The notes below the pieces were generated by a model. The model worked only from the letters and a program-made list of their open reading frames with translations. It had not been told where the DNA came from and ran no database searches. Source: Squalus acanthias (taxonomy: Eukaryota). Taken from it: DNA of 64,000 bases. Positions 12,217 to 25,300 of this stretch are shown piece by piece. The stretch spans positions 95,792,001 through 95,856,000 of the forward strand of contig CM059432.1 in the NCBI GenBank assembly GCA_030390025.1, written 5' to 3'. Both the position numbers and the translations under genes were made by a program. Within the stretch, counting starts at the first letter, position 1, and every line of letters starts with the position of its first letter.

Positions 12217-12631
12217 AAATGATAGAAAAGAGGACGTAGAAATGTTCAGAGCAATACAAGTGAAGAAACTGTTAGAGAAGCAACAAAGCAAAAATGGAGA
12301 AAATGTGAACGCAGCCAAAATGCTATCTGACAAGCCAGCAATGAATCTGACCTCCCAATGAATTGGTAAGTGATCCCTTAAAATAGCGCCCCAGGAGCAG
12401 CAATCCCAGGTATCGACGCCTGCTATTTCTGTTGTTCTCAGCGCCAGGCGGTATGTCAGGGGAAATGACTGAATTTTGCATCCAGGGCGCTAACGGGGTG
12501 TTGCACACTCATTGATGTCACGGTCAGAGCAGCGCTAGAGGGCCAGGCGCTAAGTGTTAGCACCGGCGCTAATTGCCAACTGAATTTCAAGGGCAATGTT
12601 GGAATCGCCGTGCCCGGGCGATAAGCTCTTA

Positions 12632-13374
12632 GGGGTAAAAATTCAGTTGGTTGCGCCTCCCGTTAGCGCCTTAAGAGGGCGCTAATGGGGCGCAAAGCCG
12701 CTAACGCCCGGGCGCAGCGATGTTTGCGCCGCTCGGGAACTTAACTAGAGATTGTGCAGCGGCGCTAAACTTTACCGCTGCGACCACCTGCGCGCGCAGA
12801 TTGTGACGTCATTCCATGGTGCAACGCCCTTGTGGCGCCCCGGAGCGGAAATTGAGTGGCGCCCCCTACCTTACCGCCTGGCACATCCAACGACCGGAAG
12901 ACTGGAACGCTATCAATCGCTGTGGGGCTGGGGGAGGCGCTATTTAAAGGGGGCCTCTTCCTGTCTTTTTCTGTGGTTGACATTTTTGCACCACTCGTTC
13001 TGAGAGAGAGAGAGAGAGATTCGGAGAGAGAGAAAGAGAGACTTCTGCATTGAGTCAACGCTTTGTGAGGTAGTTTTGCCTACTGATCCTAACAGTTGGC
13101 CCCCCCCCGCTTTAAGAACTGGCCGGCGCCAGTGTGTCTGTGTTCCCTCGCTAACTGGCAGCACCTGCGCTGCGCTCGCGCGCTGAGTTAGCGCCTCACT
13201 GCTCGGCCTTTGCGCCTTAAGACAGGTGTGCAGCGCCTGATTTAGCGCTCCACTCACCTCCCGGGGCGGTAAAAGTGAAGTTTCCAGTCAGTGGCGATAA
13301 TTAGCGCCAGGCGCTAATATTTGCGTCCAGACGATATTTGCGCCCCAAATGGGGCGCGACCTAATTTTTCCCCC
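12632..13374 (+). mobile_element. MITE D, internal-deletion derivative of E (copies 17904-18646, 23177-23919, 28449-29191, 33721-34463; left-truncated 36707-37404)
   Basis: TIRs GGGGTAAAAATT / AATTTTTCCCCC; TSD TTA; matches 54838-55297 joined to 58634-58915. Confidence 0.95.
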
Positions 13375-16300
13375 TTAGTGCCCCGTTAGTGCCCCCCCCC
13401 CCCCAGGCGCTAACAGGAGGCGCTAAAGTACAGAATTTCTAACCCTTTGCATTCTTGGACAGATTTGTGTGAATCGTTGGAAGTGACTTCGTGAATTGCA
13501 GTGAATGGTGAGACATAACGGTTTCCGCGCAATGGTGATGAGTATGAAAGGAATGGCTTGGGCATTGCAGGGATGCTTTATGGTACTGGTGTGGGGTGGT
13601 GCCAACCTCTCTCAGGATGACAGCATTCCTGCTCCCACCACTGCCACTCCGCCATTGCACTTGTCGCAGTCTGTAACTCAGCCACCCCAGACTGCTGCCG
13701 CTCACGTTGCAACCCAGCCATTTCAGAATGCTGCCGCCCAGGCCCAGAGCTGGTCGAGGGCGTCCTGTAAGGCCATCTGCAGTCTCTGGCTCCCAGACTC
13801 AGCAGCCTATCACCAGCCTTGCTGCAGCCACTGGGGCCACATTACGGAGGGGCAGTGGAGTTGGGAGGGGGGATCTCAAAAGGGGAGGGAAATCATTGAA
13901 GAAGGGGGAGTAAAGAATACTTTAGTAGCAAATGTGTGTTATTAACTTGATGTGTTGTAAATATAGTGGCCCTGAAATTCGCCTCTCCGGCTTGCCGCGG
14001 GAGTAAGGTTGACCTCTGGGCCCACGGGAACTTCAGCTCCTGGGCCTGCTCCAAGTGCCGGCGCGCAGTGCTTGCATGTCCCAGGGGCGTAGTTAGTGCG
14101 ATGCGTCCCCTGGGATCACGTGGGCCATGGAGAGCCAATGGCAGCAGACCATCTTTCATTCATAGATTTGACAGGAAGACCTGTCAAATCTATGAATTGA
14201 AATCGGCCCCAAAAGAACAGCTAAACTGCAAATAAATTTTAAAAAAACCATCACATTTATAAAATAACTATAAGTTAAATAAATTAACTACTTTAAACAA
14301 AAATTTAAATTTTTGAAAAAATTAAAATACTTTTTAATAGTGCTAAAAATAAACTTACCTTTCTTTAAAGTATCTAAAAAAGATAAACCTGTTGAAATTT
14401 TTTTTTAATTATTATTAATTAACCACTTACCTTGGTGAAAACGGGTCCTGCGCCTCCTTTTTAAAAGCGCAGGTTCTTCAATACTTACCCTCCCGGAGAA
14501 ACCTGAAAAAAAACCTAAGTTTGCTGCGTGCGCGCAGCCTCTACCGCGCACGCGGTTCACCTCTGAACCGCTCCCTTCACCAGACCGGAAGTTCCGGTTT
14601 CCCGCGCATGCGCAGTGCATGCAGGAAACCGGCACTTCAGGTGGCCTTGCGGGTGAGTACACAGTGCGTACTCACCCGGCAAGTGCCGAAGTTTTGGCCC
14701 AGTGTTGTGTTTGTGAACAAATAGTTATGTTTGTAAATAAATATTTGTGTTTGGCAACAAATAGTTCAGTTTGATAAGAAAGAGTTGCGTTTGTTGATAA
14801 ATGGTTGTGTTTGGTTATGAATAGTTGTGTTTCATAACAGAGAGTTGTGTTCGATAATAAATTGTTAATTTGACGATGCGGCAGAGATGGAGAAACTGGG
14901 AGAATGGAATAGAGTCCTTACAGGAAGCGGGGTGGGAGGAAGTGTAGTCCAGGTAGCTGTGGGAGTCAGTGGGCTTATAGTGAATGTTTATCAATAGCCT
15001 ATCCCAAGAGATGGAGACAGAGAAGTTGAAGAAGGGAAGGGAAGAGTCGGAGATGGACCATGTGAAGATGAGGGAAGGGTGGAAATTGGAGGCAAAGTGA
15101 ATGAAATTTTCTAGTTCAGGGCAAGAGCAGGAAACAGCACCGATACAGTCATAAATGTACCGGAAAAAGAGGTGAGGGAGGGAACCTGAGTAGGACTGGA
15201 ACAAAGAATGTTCCACATATCCCACGAAAAGGCAGGCATAGCTGGGATCCATGCGGGTTCCCATAGCAACACCTTTGATTTGGAGGAAGTGAGTGGAGTC
15301 AAAGGAGAAGTTGTTCAATGTGAGAACAAGTTCAGCCAGGCAGAGGAGGGTGGTGGTGGATGGGGACTGGTTGGGCCTCTGTTCAAGGAAGAAGCGGAGC
15401 GCCCTCAGGCCATCCTGGTGGGGGATGGAGGTGTAGAGGGATTGTACGCCCATATTGAAAAGGAGGCGGTTGGGGCCAGGAAACTGGAAACTGTTAAAGT
15501 GATGGAGGGTGTCGGAAGAGTTGCGGATGTAGGTGGGAAGAGACTGGACAAGGGGAGAAAAAATAGAGTTGAGATAGGAAGAGATAAGTTCTGTGGGGCA
15601 AGAACAGGCTGAAATGATGGGTCTACCGGGGCAGTCCTGTTTGTGGATCTTGGGAAGGAGGTAGAAGCGGGCTGTGCGGGGTTGGGGAATTATGAGGTTG
15701 GCAGCCGTGGGGGGAAGATCTCCAGAGGAGATGAGGTCAGTGAAGGTCTTGGAAATGGTGACTTGATGTTCGGTAGTGGGGTCATGGTCCAGGTGGAGGT
15801 AGGAGGAGGTGTTGGAGAGTTGGCGTTCAGTCTCCGCTAGGTAGAGGTCGATTCGCCAAACAACAACAGCACCACCCTTGTCAGCAGGTTTAATGACAAT
15901 GTCGGGGTTGGATCTGATAGAATGGAGTGCTGCAAGTTCAGAGGGAGGTAGGTTGGAGTGAGTGAGGGGAGCAGAGAAATGGAGACGGCCGATGTCACGC
16001 CGGCAGTTTGCAATGAAAAGATCTAGAGAGGATAAGAGGCCAGAGGGAGGGGTCCAGGTAGAACGGGAATTCTGAAAACGGGAGAAAGGGTCAGCCCTGC
16101 GGGGGGAAGACTCCTGGCCAAAGAAGTGGGCACGGAGACGAAGGCGGAGGAAAAGAGCTCAGCATCGTGCCGAGCTCGAAATTCATTGAGATGGGGGTGT
16201 AAGGGGATGAAGCTCAGGCCTTTGCTAAGGACCGATCGTTTGGGGTCAGAGAGGGGAAGGTCAAAGGGGATAGTGAAAACAGGGTAGAGGGTGAGATTGG

Positions 16301-19300
16301 AAGAAGGGATGGGGTCAGAGGAAAGTGAAGGGGAAGAAGGTTCCGGTGGCGTGTTGGTGTCCAAGAGTTGATGAAGCTTGCGATCCTTGACACCTGAAAG
16401 GAAGAAAAAAAGTTTTTTGTTAAAGCGCCGGATGAGGCGAAGGATGAAATGGAACTGCGGACCAGGACAGCTTTGAGATAGAGTGAGTCGGTGCTGCTGA
16501 AGAGAGAGGCAGAGAGTGTTCATGTGGCGGCGCATGGCATTCAGCGTGGATGAATGGAAAGGGAGACTCGATCAGGGGAGTACAGCAGGGCTCCTCCAGA
16601 GCGGTCAAGGCAGCGGAACCGTTGCTTTCACACCCTGATAGTCTGTTCGATCAGGTTCCTGGTGGCGGTATGGCTGTCACTGTATGCGTGCTGAGCAGGA
16701 GTGTTGGGGTTGCGGAGGGGTGTCATCAGCCAGGTGGCGAGTAGATAATCCTTGTCTCTGAGCAGCCAGCCACGAGCTTCATGTGGTGGTTGGAACAGTG
16801 CTGGGACACCAGTCTGTCGCAGGGTGAATGCATCGTGGCTGCTGCCAGGATGGCGGGCATCGACGGCGAGGATGAGCTGCCTGTGGTCGCACACCAACTG
16901 AATGTTCAGAGAGTGGTAGCCTTTGCGGTTGTGGAACACCTCTGCATTGTGATGAGGTGCCCACAATGCCCCGTGGGTGCAGTCAATGGTGCCCTGAACC
17001 ATGGGGAAGCCCGCTATCCTGGCAAAGCCATATGAGCATTCATCTTGCTTCTCTCTGGTGATGGGGAATGAGATATACTCACTTCTCCTTCTGTAGAGAG
17101 CGTCTGTTAGCTTCTGGAAGCAGCAATGCACGGTGAACTGCGAAATGTTTGCAATATCCCCTGTTGAAGCTTGGAAGGAGCCGCTGGCGTAGAAATTGAC
17201 AGTGACTGTGACTTTAACTGCCACCGACAGAGACGTCCTGGTCCTGAGCTGAGGCTGGAGGTCTGGCTGCAGGAGGTGGCAGAGCTCTGTGACCTTCTAA
17301 GGCGCTGCTCCTCTGAGAGACAAATGTAGGAGAAGTGCTCCCGGGAAACCCTGGGAGGGTAAGGCCTCCTGTTGCGAGGTCTGTTGGCCCTCCTCCTACC
17401 TCTGGCCACATTTGGCAATCTCTGTCTCTGATCCGCTGCCTCCGACGTAGTTGCCGGGGGGAAGGTGGAGTGCCAGTACAGCCCCCATAAATGATAGAAA
17501 AGAGGACGTAGAAATGTTCAGAGCAATACAAGTGAAGAAACTGTTAGAGAAGCAACAAAGCAAAAATGGAGAAAATGTGAACGCAGCCAAAATGCTATCT
17601 GACAAGCCAGCAATGAATCTGACCTCCCAATGAATTGGTAAGTGATCCCTTAAAATAGCGCCCCAGGAGCAGCAATCCCAGGTATCGACGCCTGCTATTT
17701 CTGTTGTTCTCAGCGCCAGGCGGTATGTCAGGGGAAATGACTGAATTTTGCATCCAGGGCGCTAACGGGGTGTTGCACACTCATTGATGTCACGGTCAGA
17801 GCAGCGCTAGAGGGCCAGGCGCTAAGTGTTAGCACCGGCGCTAATTGCCAACTGAATTTCAAGGGCAATGTTGGAATCGCCGTGCCCGGGCGATAAGCTC
17901 TTAGGGGTAAAAATTCAGTTGGTTGCGCCTCCCGTTAGCGCCTTAAGAGGGCGCTAATGGGGCGCAAAGCCGCTAACGCCCGGGCGCAGCGATGTTTGCG
18001 CCGCTCGGGAACTTAACTAGAGATTGTGCAGCGGCGCTAAACTTTACCGCTGCGACCACCTGCGCGCGCAGATTGTGACGTCATTCCATGGTGCAACGCC
18101 CTTGTGGCGCCCCGGAGCGGAAATTGAGTGGCGCCCCCTACCTTACCGCCTGGCACATCCAACGACCGGAAGACTGGAACGCTATCAATCGCTGTGGGGC
18201 TGGGGGAGGCGCTATTTAAAGGGGGCCTCTTCCTGTCTTTTTCTGTGGTTGACATTTTTGCACCACTCGTTCTGAGAGAGAGAGAGAGAGATTCGGAGAG
18301 AGAGAAAGAGAGACTTCTGCATTGAGTCAACGCTTTGTGAGGTAGTTTTGCCTACTGATCCTAACAGTTGGCCCCCCCCCGCTTTAAGAACTGGCCGGCG
18401 CCAGTGTGTCTGTGTTCCCTCGCTAACTGGCAGCACCTGCGCTGCGCTCGCGCGCTGAGTTAGCGCCTCACTGCTCGGCCTTTGCGCCTTAAGACAGGTG
18501 TGCAGCGCCTGATTTAGCGCTCCACTCACCTCCCGGGGCGGTAAAAGTGAAGTTTCCAGTCAGTGGCGATAATTAGCGCCAGGCGCTAATATTTGCGTCC
18601 AGACGATATTTGCGCCCCAAATGGGGCGCGACCTAATTTTTCCCCCTTAGTGCCCCGTTAGTGCCCCCCCCCCCCCCAGGCGCTAACAGGAGGCGCTAAA
18701 GTACAGAATTTCTAACCCTTTGCATTCTTGGACAGATTTGTGTGAATCGTTGGAAGTGACTTCGTGAATTGCAGTGAATGGTGAGACATAACGGTTTCCG
18801 CGCAATGGTGATGAGTATGAAAGGAATGGCTTGGGCATTGCAGGGATGCTTTATGGTACTGGTGTGGGGTGGTGCCAACCTCTCTCAGGATGACAGCATT
18901 CCTGCTCCCACCACTGCCACTCCGCCATTGCACTTGTCGCAGTCTGTAACTCAGCCACCCCAGACTGCTGCCGCTCACGTTGCAACCCAGCCATTTCAGA
19001 ATGCTGCCGCCCAGGCCCAGAGCTGGTCGAGGGCGTCCTGTAAGGCCATCTGCAGTCTCTGGCTCCCAGACTCAGCAGCCTATCACCAGCCTTGCTGCAG
19101 CCACTGGGGCCACATTACGGAGGGGCAGTGGAGTTGGGAGGGGGGATCTCAAAAGGGGAGGGAAATCATTGAAGAAGGGGGAGTAAAGAATACTTTAGTA
19201 GCAAATGTGTGTTATTAACTTGATGTGTTGTAAATATAGTGGCCCTGAAATTCGCCTCTCCGGCTTGCCGCGGGAGTAAGGTTGACCTCTGGGCCCACGG

Positions 19301-22300
19301 GAACTTCAGCTCCTGGGCCTGCTCCAAGTGCCGGCGCGCAGTGCTTGCATGTCCCAGGGGCGTAGTTAGTGCGATGCGTCCCCTGGGATCACGTGGGCCA
19401 TGGAGAGCCAATGGCAGCAGACCATCTTTCATTCATAGATTTGACAGGAAGACCTGTCAAATCTATGAATTGAAATCGGCCCCAAAAGAACAGCTAAACT
19501 GCAAATAAATTTTAAAAAAACCATCACATTTATAAAATAACTATAAGTTAAATAAATTAACTACTTTAAACAAAAATTTAAATTTTTGAAAAAATTAAAA
19601 TACTTTTTAATAGTGCTAAAAATAAACTTACCTTTCTTTAAAGTATCTAAAAAAGATAAACCTGTTGAAATTTTTTTTTAATTATTATTAATTAACCACT
19701 TACCTTGGTGAAAACGGGTCCTGCGCCTCCTTTTTAAAAGCGCAGGTTCTTCAATACTTACCCTCCCGGAGAAACCTGAAAAAAAACCTAAGTTTGCTGC
19801 GTGCGCGCAGCCTCTACCGCGCACGCGGTTCACCTCTGAACCGCTCCCTTCACCAGACCGGAAGTTCCGGTTTCCCGCGCATGCGCAGTGCATGCAGGAA
19901 ACCGGCACTTCAGGTGGCCTTGCGGGTGAGTACACAGTGCGTACTCACCCGGCAAGTGCCGAAGTTTTGGCCCAGTGTTGTGTTTGTGAACAAATAGTTA
20001 TGTTTGTAAATAAATATTTGTGTTTGGCAACAAATAGTTCAGTTTGATAAGAAAGAGTTGCGTTTGTTGATAAATGGTTGTGTTTGGTTATGAATAGTTG
20101 TGTTTCATAAGAGAGAGTTGTGTTCGATAATAAATTGTTAATTTGACGATGCGGCAGAGATGGAGAAACTGGGAGAATGGAATAGAGTCCTTACAGGAAG
20201 CGGGGTGGGAGGAAGTGTAGTCCAGGTAGCTGTGGGAGTCAGTGGGCTTATAGTGAATGTTTATCAATAGCCTATCCCAAGAGATGGAGACAGAGAAGTT
20301 GAAGAAGGGAAGGGAAGAGTCGGAGATGGACCATGTGAAGATGAGGGAAGGGTGGAAATTGGAGGCAAAGTGAATGAAATTTTCTAGTTCAGGGCAAGAG
20401 CAGGAAACAGCACCGATACAGTCATAAATGTACCGGAAAAAGAGGTGAGGGAGGGAACCTGAGTAGGACTGGAACAAAGAATGTTCCACATATCCCACGA
20501 AAAGGCAGGCATAGCTGGGATCCATGCGGGTTCCCATAGCAACACCTTTGATTTGGAGGAAGTGAGTGGAGTCAAAGGAGAAGTTGTTCAATGTGAGAAC
20601 AAGTTCAGCCAGGCAGAGGAGGGTGGTGGTGGATGGGGACTGGTTGGGCCTCTGTTCAAGGAAGAAGCGGAGCGCCCTCAGGCCATCCTGGTGGGGGATG
20701 GAGGTGTAGAGGGATTGTACGCCCATATTGAAAAGGAGGCGGTTGGGGCCAGGAAACTGGAAACTGTTAAAGTGATGGAGGGTGTCGGAAGAGTTGCGGA
20801 TGTAGGTGGGAAGAGACTGGACAAGGGGAGAAAAAATAGAGTTGAGATAGGAAGAGATAAGTTCTGTGGGGCAAGAACAGGCTGAAATGATGGGTCTACC
20901 GGGGCAGTCCTGTTTGTGGATCTTGGGAAGGAGGTAGAAGCGGGCTGTGCGGGGTTGGGGAATTATGAGGTTGGCAGCCGTGGGGGGAAGATCTCCAGAG
21001 GAGATGAGGTCAGTGAAGGTCTTGGAAATGGTGACTTGATGTTCGGTAGTGGGGTCATGGTCCAGGTGGAGGTAGGAGGAGGTGTTGGAGAGTTGGCGTT
21101 CAGTCTCCGCTAGGTAGAGGTCGATTCGCCAAACAACAACAGCACCACCCTTGTCAGCAGGTTTAATGACAATGTCGGGGTTGGATCTGATAGAATGGAG
21201 TGCTGCAAGTTCAGAGGGAGGTAGGTTGGAGTGAGTGAGGGGAGCAGAGAAATGGAGACGGCCGATGTCACGCCGGCAGTTTGCAATGAAAAGATCTAGA
21301 GAGGATAAGAGGCCAGAGGGAGGGGTCCAGGTAGAACGGGAATTCTGAAAACGGGAGAAAGGGTCAGCCCTGCGGGGGGAAGACTCCTGGCCAAAGAAGT
21401 GGGCACGGAGACGAAGGCGGAGGAAAAGAGCTCAGCATCGTGCCGAGCTCGAAATTCATTGAGATGGGGGTGTAAGGGGATGAAGCTCAGGCCTTTGCTA
21501 AGGACCGATCGTTTGGGGTCAGAGAGGGGAAGGTCAAAGGGGATAGTGAAAACAGGGTAGAGGGTGAGATTGGAAGAAGGGATGGGGTCAGAGGAAAGTG
21601 AAGGGGAAGAAGGTTCCGGTGGCGTGTTGGTGTCCAAGAGTTGATGAAGCTTGCGATCCTTGACACCTGAAAGGAAGAAAAAAAGTTTTTTGTTAAAGCG
21701 CCGGATGAGGCGAAGGATGAAATGGAACTGCGGACCAGGACAGCTTTGAGATAGAGTGAGTCGGTGCTGCTGAAGAGAGAGGCAGAGAGTGTTCATGTGG
21801 CGGCGCATGGCATTCAGCGTGGATGAATGGAAAGGGAGACTCGATCAGGGGAGTACAGCAGGGCTCCTCCAGAGCGGTCAAGGCAGCGGAACCGTTGCTT
21901 TCACACCCTGATAGTCTGTTCGATCAGGTTCCTGGTGGCGGTATGGCTGTCACTGTATGCGTGCTGAGCAGGAGTGTTGGGGTTGCGGAGGGGTGTCATC
22001 AGCCAGGTGGCGAGTAGATAATCCTTGTCTCTGAGCAGCCAGCCACGAGCTTCATGTGGTGGTTGGAACAGTGCTGGGACACCAGTCTGTCGCAGGGTGA
22101 ATGCATCGTGGCTGCTGCCAGGATGGCGGGCATCGACGGCGAGGATGAGCTGCCTGTGGTCGCACACCAACTGAATGTTCAGAGAGTGGTAGCCTTTGCG
22201 GTTGTGGAACACCTCTGCATTGTGATGAGGTGCCCACAATGCCCCGTGGGTGCAGTCAATGGTGCCCTGAACCATGGGGAAGCCCGCTATCCTGGCAAAG

Positions 22301-25300
22301 CCATATGAGCATTCATCTTGCTTCTCTCTGGTGATGGGGAATGAGATATACTCACTTCTCCTTCTGTAGAGAGCGTCTGTTAGCTTCTGGAAGCAGCAAT
22401 GCACGGTGAACTGCGAAATGTTTGCAATATCCCCTGTTGAAGCTTGGAAGGAGCCGCTGGCGTAGAAATTGACAGTGACTGTGACTTTAACTGCCACCGA
22501 CAGAGACGTCCTGGTCCTGAGCTGAGGCTGGAGGTCTGGCTGCAGGAGGTGGCAGAGCTCTGTGACCTTCTAAGGCGCTGCTCCTCTGAGAGACAAATGT
22601 AGGAGAAGTGCTCCCGGGAAACCCTGAGAGGGTAAGGCCTCCTGTTGCGAGGTCTGTTGGCCCTCCTCCTACCTCTGGCCACATTTGGCAATCTCTGTCT
22701 CTGATCCGCTGCCTCCGACGTAGTTGCCGGGGGGAAGGTGGAGTGCCAGTACAGCCCCCATAAATGATAGAAAAGAGGACGTAGAAATGTTCAGAGCAAT
22801 ACAAGTGAAGAAACTGTTAGAGAAGCAACAAAGCAAAAATGGAGAAAATGTGAACGCAGCCAAAATGCTATCTGACAAGCCAGCAATGAATCTGACCTCC
22901 CAATGAATTGGTAAGTGATCCCTTAAAATAGCGCCCCAGGAGCAGCAATCCCAGGTATCGACGCCTGCTATTTCTGTTGTTCTCAGCGCCAGGCGGTATG
23001 TCAGGGGAAATGACTGAATTTTGCATCCAGGGCGCTAACGGGGTGTTGCACACTCATTGATGTCACGGTCAGAGCAGCGCTAGAGGGCCAGGCGCTAAGT
23101 GTTAGCACCGGCGCTAATTGCCAACTGAATTTCAAGGGCAATGTTGGAATCGCCGTGCCCGGGCGATAAGCTCTTAGGGGTAAAAATTCAGTTGGTTGCG
23201 CCTCCCGTTAGCGCCTTAAGAGGGCGCTAATGGGGCGCAAAGCCGCTAACGCCCGGGCGCAGCGATGTTTGCGCCGCTCGGGAACTTAACTAGAGATTGT
23301 GCAGCGGCGCTAAACTTTACCGCTGCGACCACCTGCGCGCGCAGATTGTGACGTCATTCCATGGTGCAACGCCCTTGTGGCGCCCCGGAGCGGAAATTGA
23401 GTGGCGCCCCCTACCTTACCGCCTGGCACATCCAACGACCGGAAGACTGGAACGCTATCAATCGCTGTGGGGCTGGGGGAGGCGCTATTTAAAGGGGGCC
23501 TCTTCCTGTCTTTTTCTGTGGTTGACATTTTTGCACCACTCGTTCTGAGAGAGAGAGAGAGAGATTCGGAGAGAGAGAAAGAGAGACTTCTGCATTGAGT
23601 CAACGCTTTGTGAGGTAGTTTTGCCTACTGATCCTAACAGTTGGCCCCCCCCCGCTTTAAGAACTGGCCGGCGCCAGTGTGTCTGTGTTCCCTCGCTAAC
23701 TGGCAGCACCTGCGCTGCGCTCGCGCGCTGAGTTAGCGCCTCACTGCTCGGCCTTTGCGCCTTAAGACAGGTGTGCAGCGCCTGATTTAGCGCTCCACTC
23801 ACCTCCCGGGGCGGTAAAAGTGAAGTTTCCAGTCAGTGGCGATAATTAGCGCCAGGCGCTAATATTTGCGTCCAGACGATATTTGCGCCCCAAATGGGGC
23901 GCGACCTAATTTTTCCCCCTTAGTGCCCCGTTAGTGCCCCCCCCCCCCCAGGCGCTAACAGGAGGCGCTAAAGTACAGAATTTCTAACCCTTTGCATTCT
24001 TGGACAGATTTGTGTGAATCGTTGGAAGTGACTTCGTGAATTGCAGTGAATGGTGAGACATAACGGTTTCCGCGCAATGGTGATGAGTATGAAAGGAATG
24101 GCTTGGGCATTGCAGGGATGCTTTATGGTACTGGTGTGGGGTGGTGCCAACCTCTCTCAGGATGACAGCATTCCTGCTCCCACCACTGCCACTCCGCCAT
24201 TGCACTTGTCGCAGTCTGTAACTCAGCCACCCCAGACTGCTGCCGCTCACGTTGCAACCCAGCCATTTCAGAATGCTGCCGCCCAGGCCCAGAGCTGGTC
24301 GAGGGCGTCCTGTAAGGCCATCTGCAGTCTCTGGCTCCCAGACTCAGCAGCCTATCACCAGCCTTGCTGCAGCCACTGGGGCCACATTACGGAGGGGCAG
24401 TGGAGTTGGGAGGGGGGATCTCAAAAGGGGAGGGAAATCATTGAAGAAGGGGGAGTAAAGAATACTTTAGTAGCAAATGTGTGTTATTAACTTGATGTGT
24501 TGTAAATATAGTGGCCCTGAAATTCGCCTCTCCGGCTTGCCGCGGGAGTAAGGTTGACCTCTGGGCCCACGGGAACTTCAGCTCCTGGGCCTGCTCCAAG
24601 TGCCGGCGCGCAGTGCTTGCATGTCCCAGGGGCGTAGTTAGTGCGATGCGTCCCCTGGGATCACGTGGGCCATGGAGAGCCAATGGCAGCAGACCATCTT
24701 TCATTCATAGATTTGACAGGAAGACCTGTCAAATCTATGAATTGAAATCGGCCCCAAAAGAACAGCTAAACTGCAAATAAATTTTAAAAAAACCATCACA
24801 TTTATAAAATAACTATAAGTTAAATAAATTAACTACTTTAAACAAAAATTTAAATTTTTGAAAAAATTAAAATACTTTTTAATAGTGCTAAAAATAAACT
24901 TACCTTTCTTTAAAGTATCTAAAAAAGATAAACCTGTTGAAATTTTTTTTTAATTATTATTAATTAACCACTTACCTTGGTGAAAACGGGTCCTGCGCCT
25001 CCTTTTTAAAAGCGCAGGTTCTTCAATACTTACCCTCCCGGAGAAACCTGAAAAAAAACCTAAGTTTGCTGCGTGCGCGCAGCCTCTACCGCGCACGCGG
25101 TTCACCTCTGAACCGCTCCCTTCACCAGACCGGAAGTTCCGGTTTCCCGCGCATGCGCAGTGCATGCAGGAAACCGGCACTTCAGGTGGCCTTGCGGGTG
25201 AGTACACAGTGCGTACTCACCCGGCAAGTGCCGAAGTTTTGGCCCAGTGTTGTGTTTGTGAACAAATAGTTATGTTTGTAAATAAATATTTGTGTTTGGC

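Noticed and set aside
8282..13605. Array unit as a single new RT-plus-DDE transposon
   Set aside because: Unit boundaries cut through a Myb exon and through element A, there is no TIR or TSD at the unit ends, and both coding regions are disrupted.
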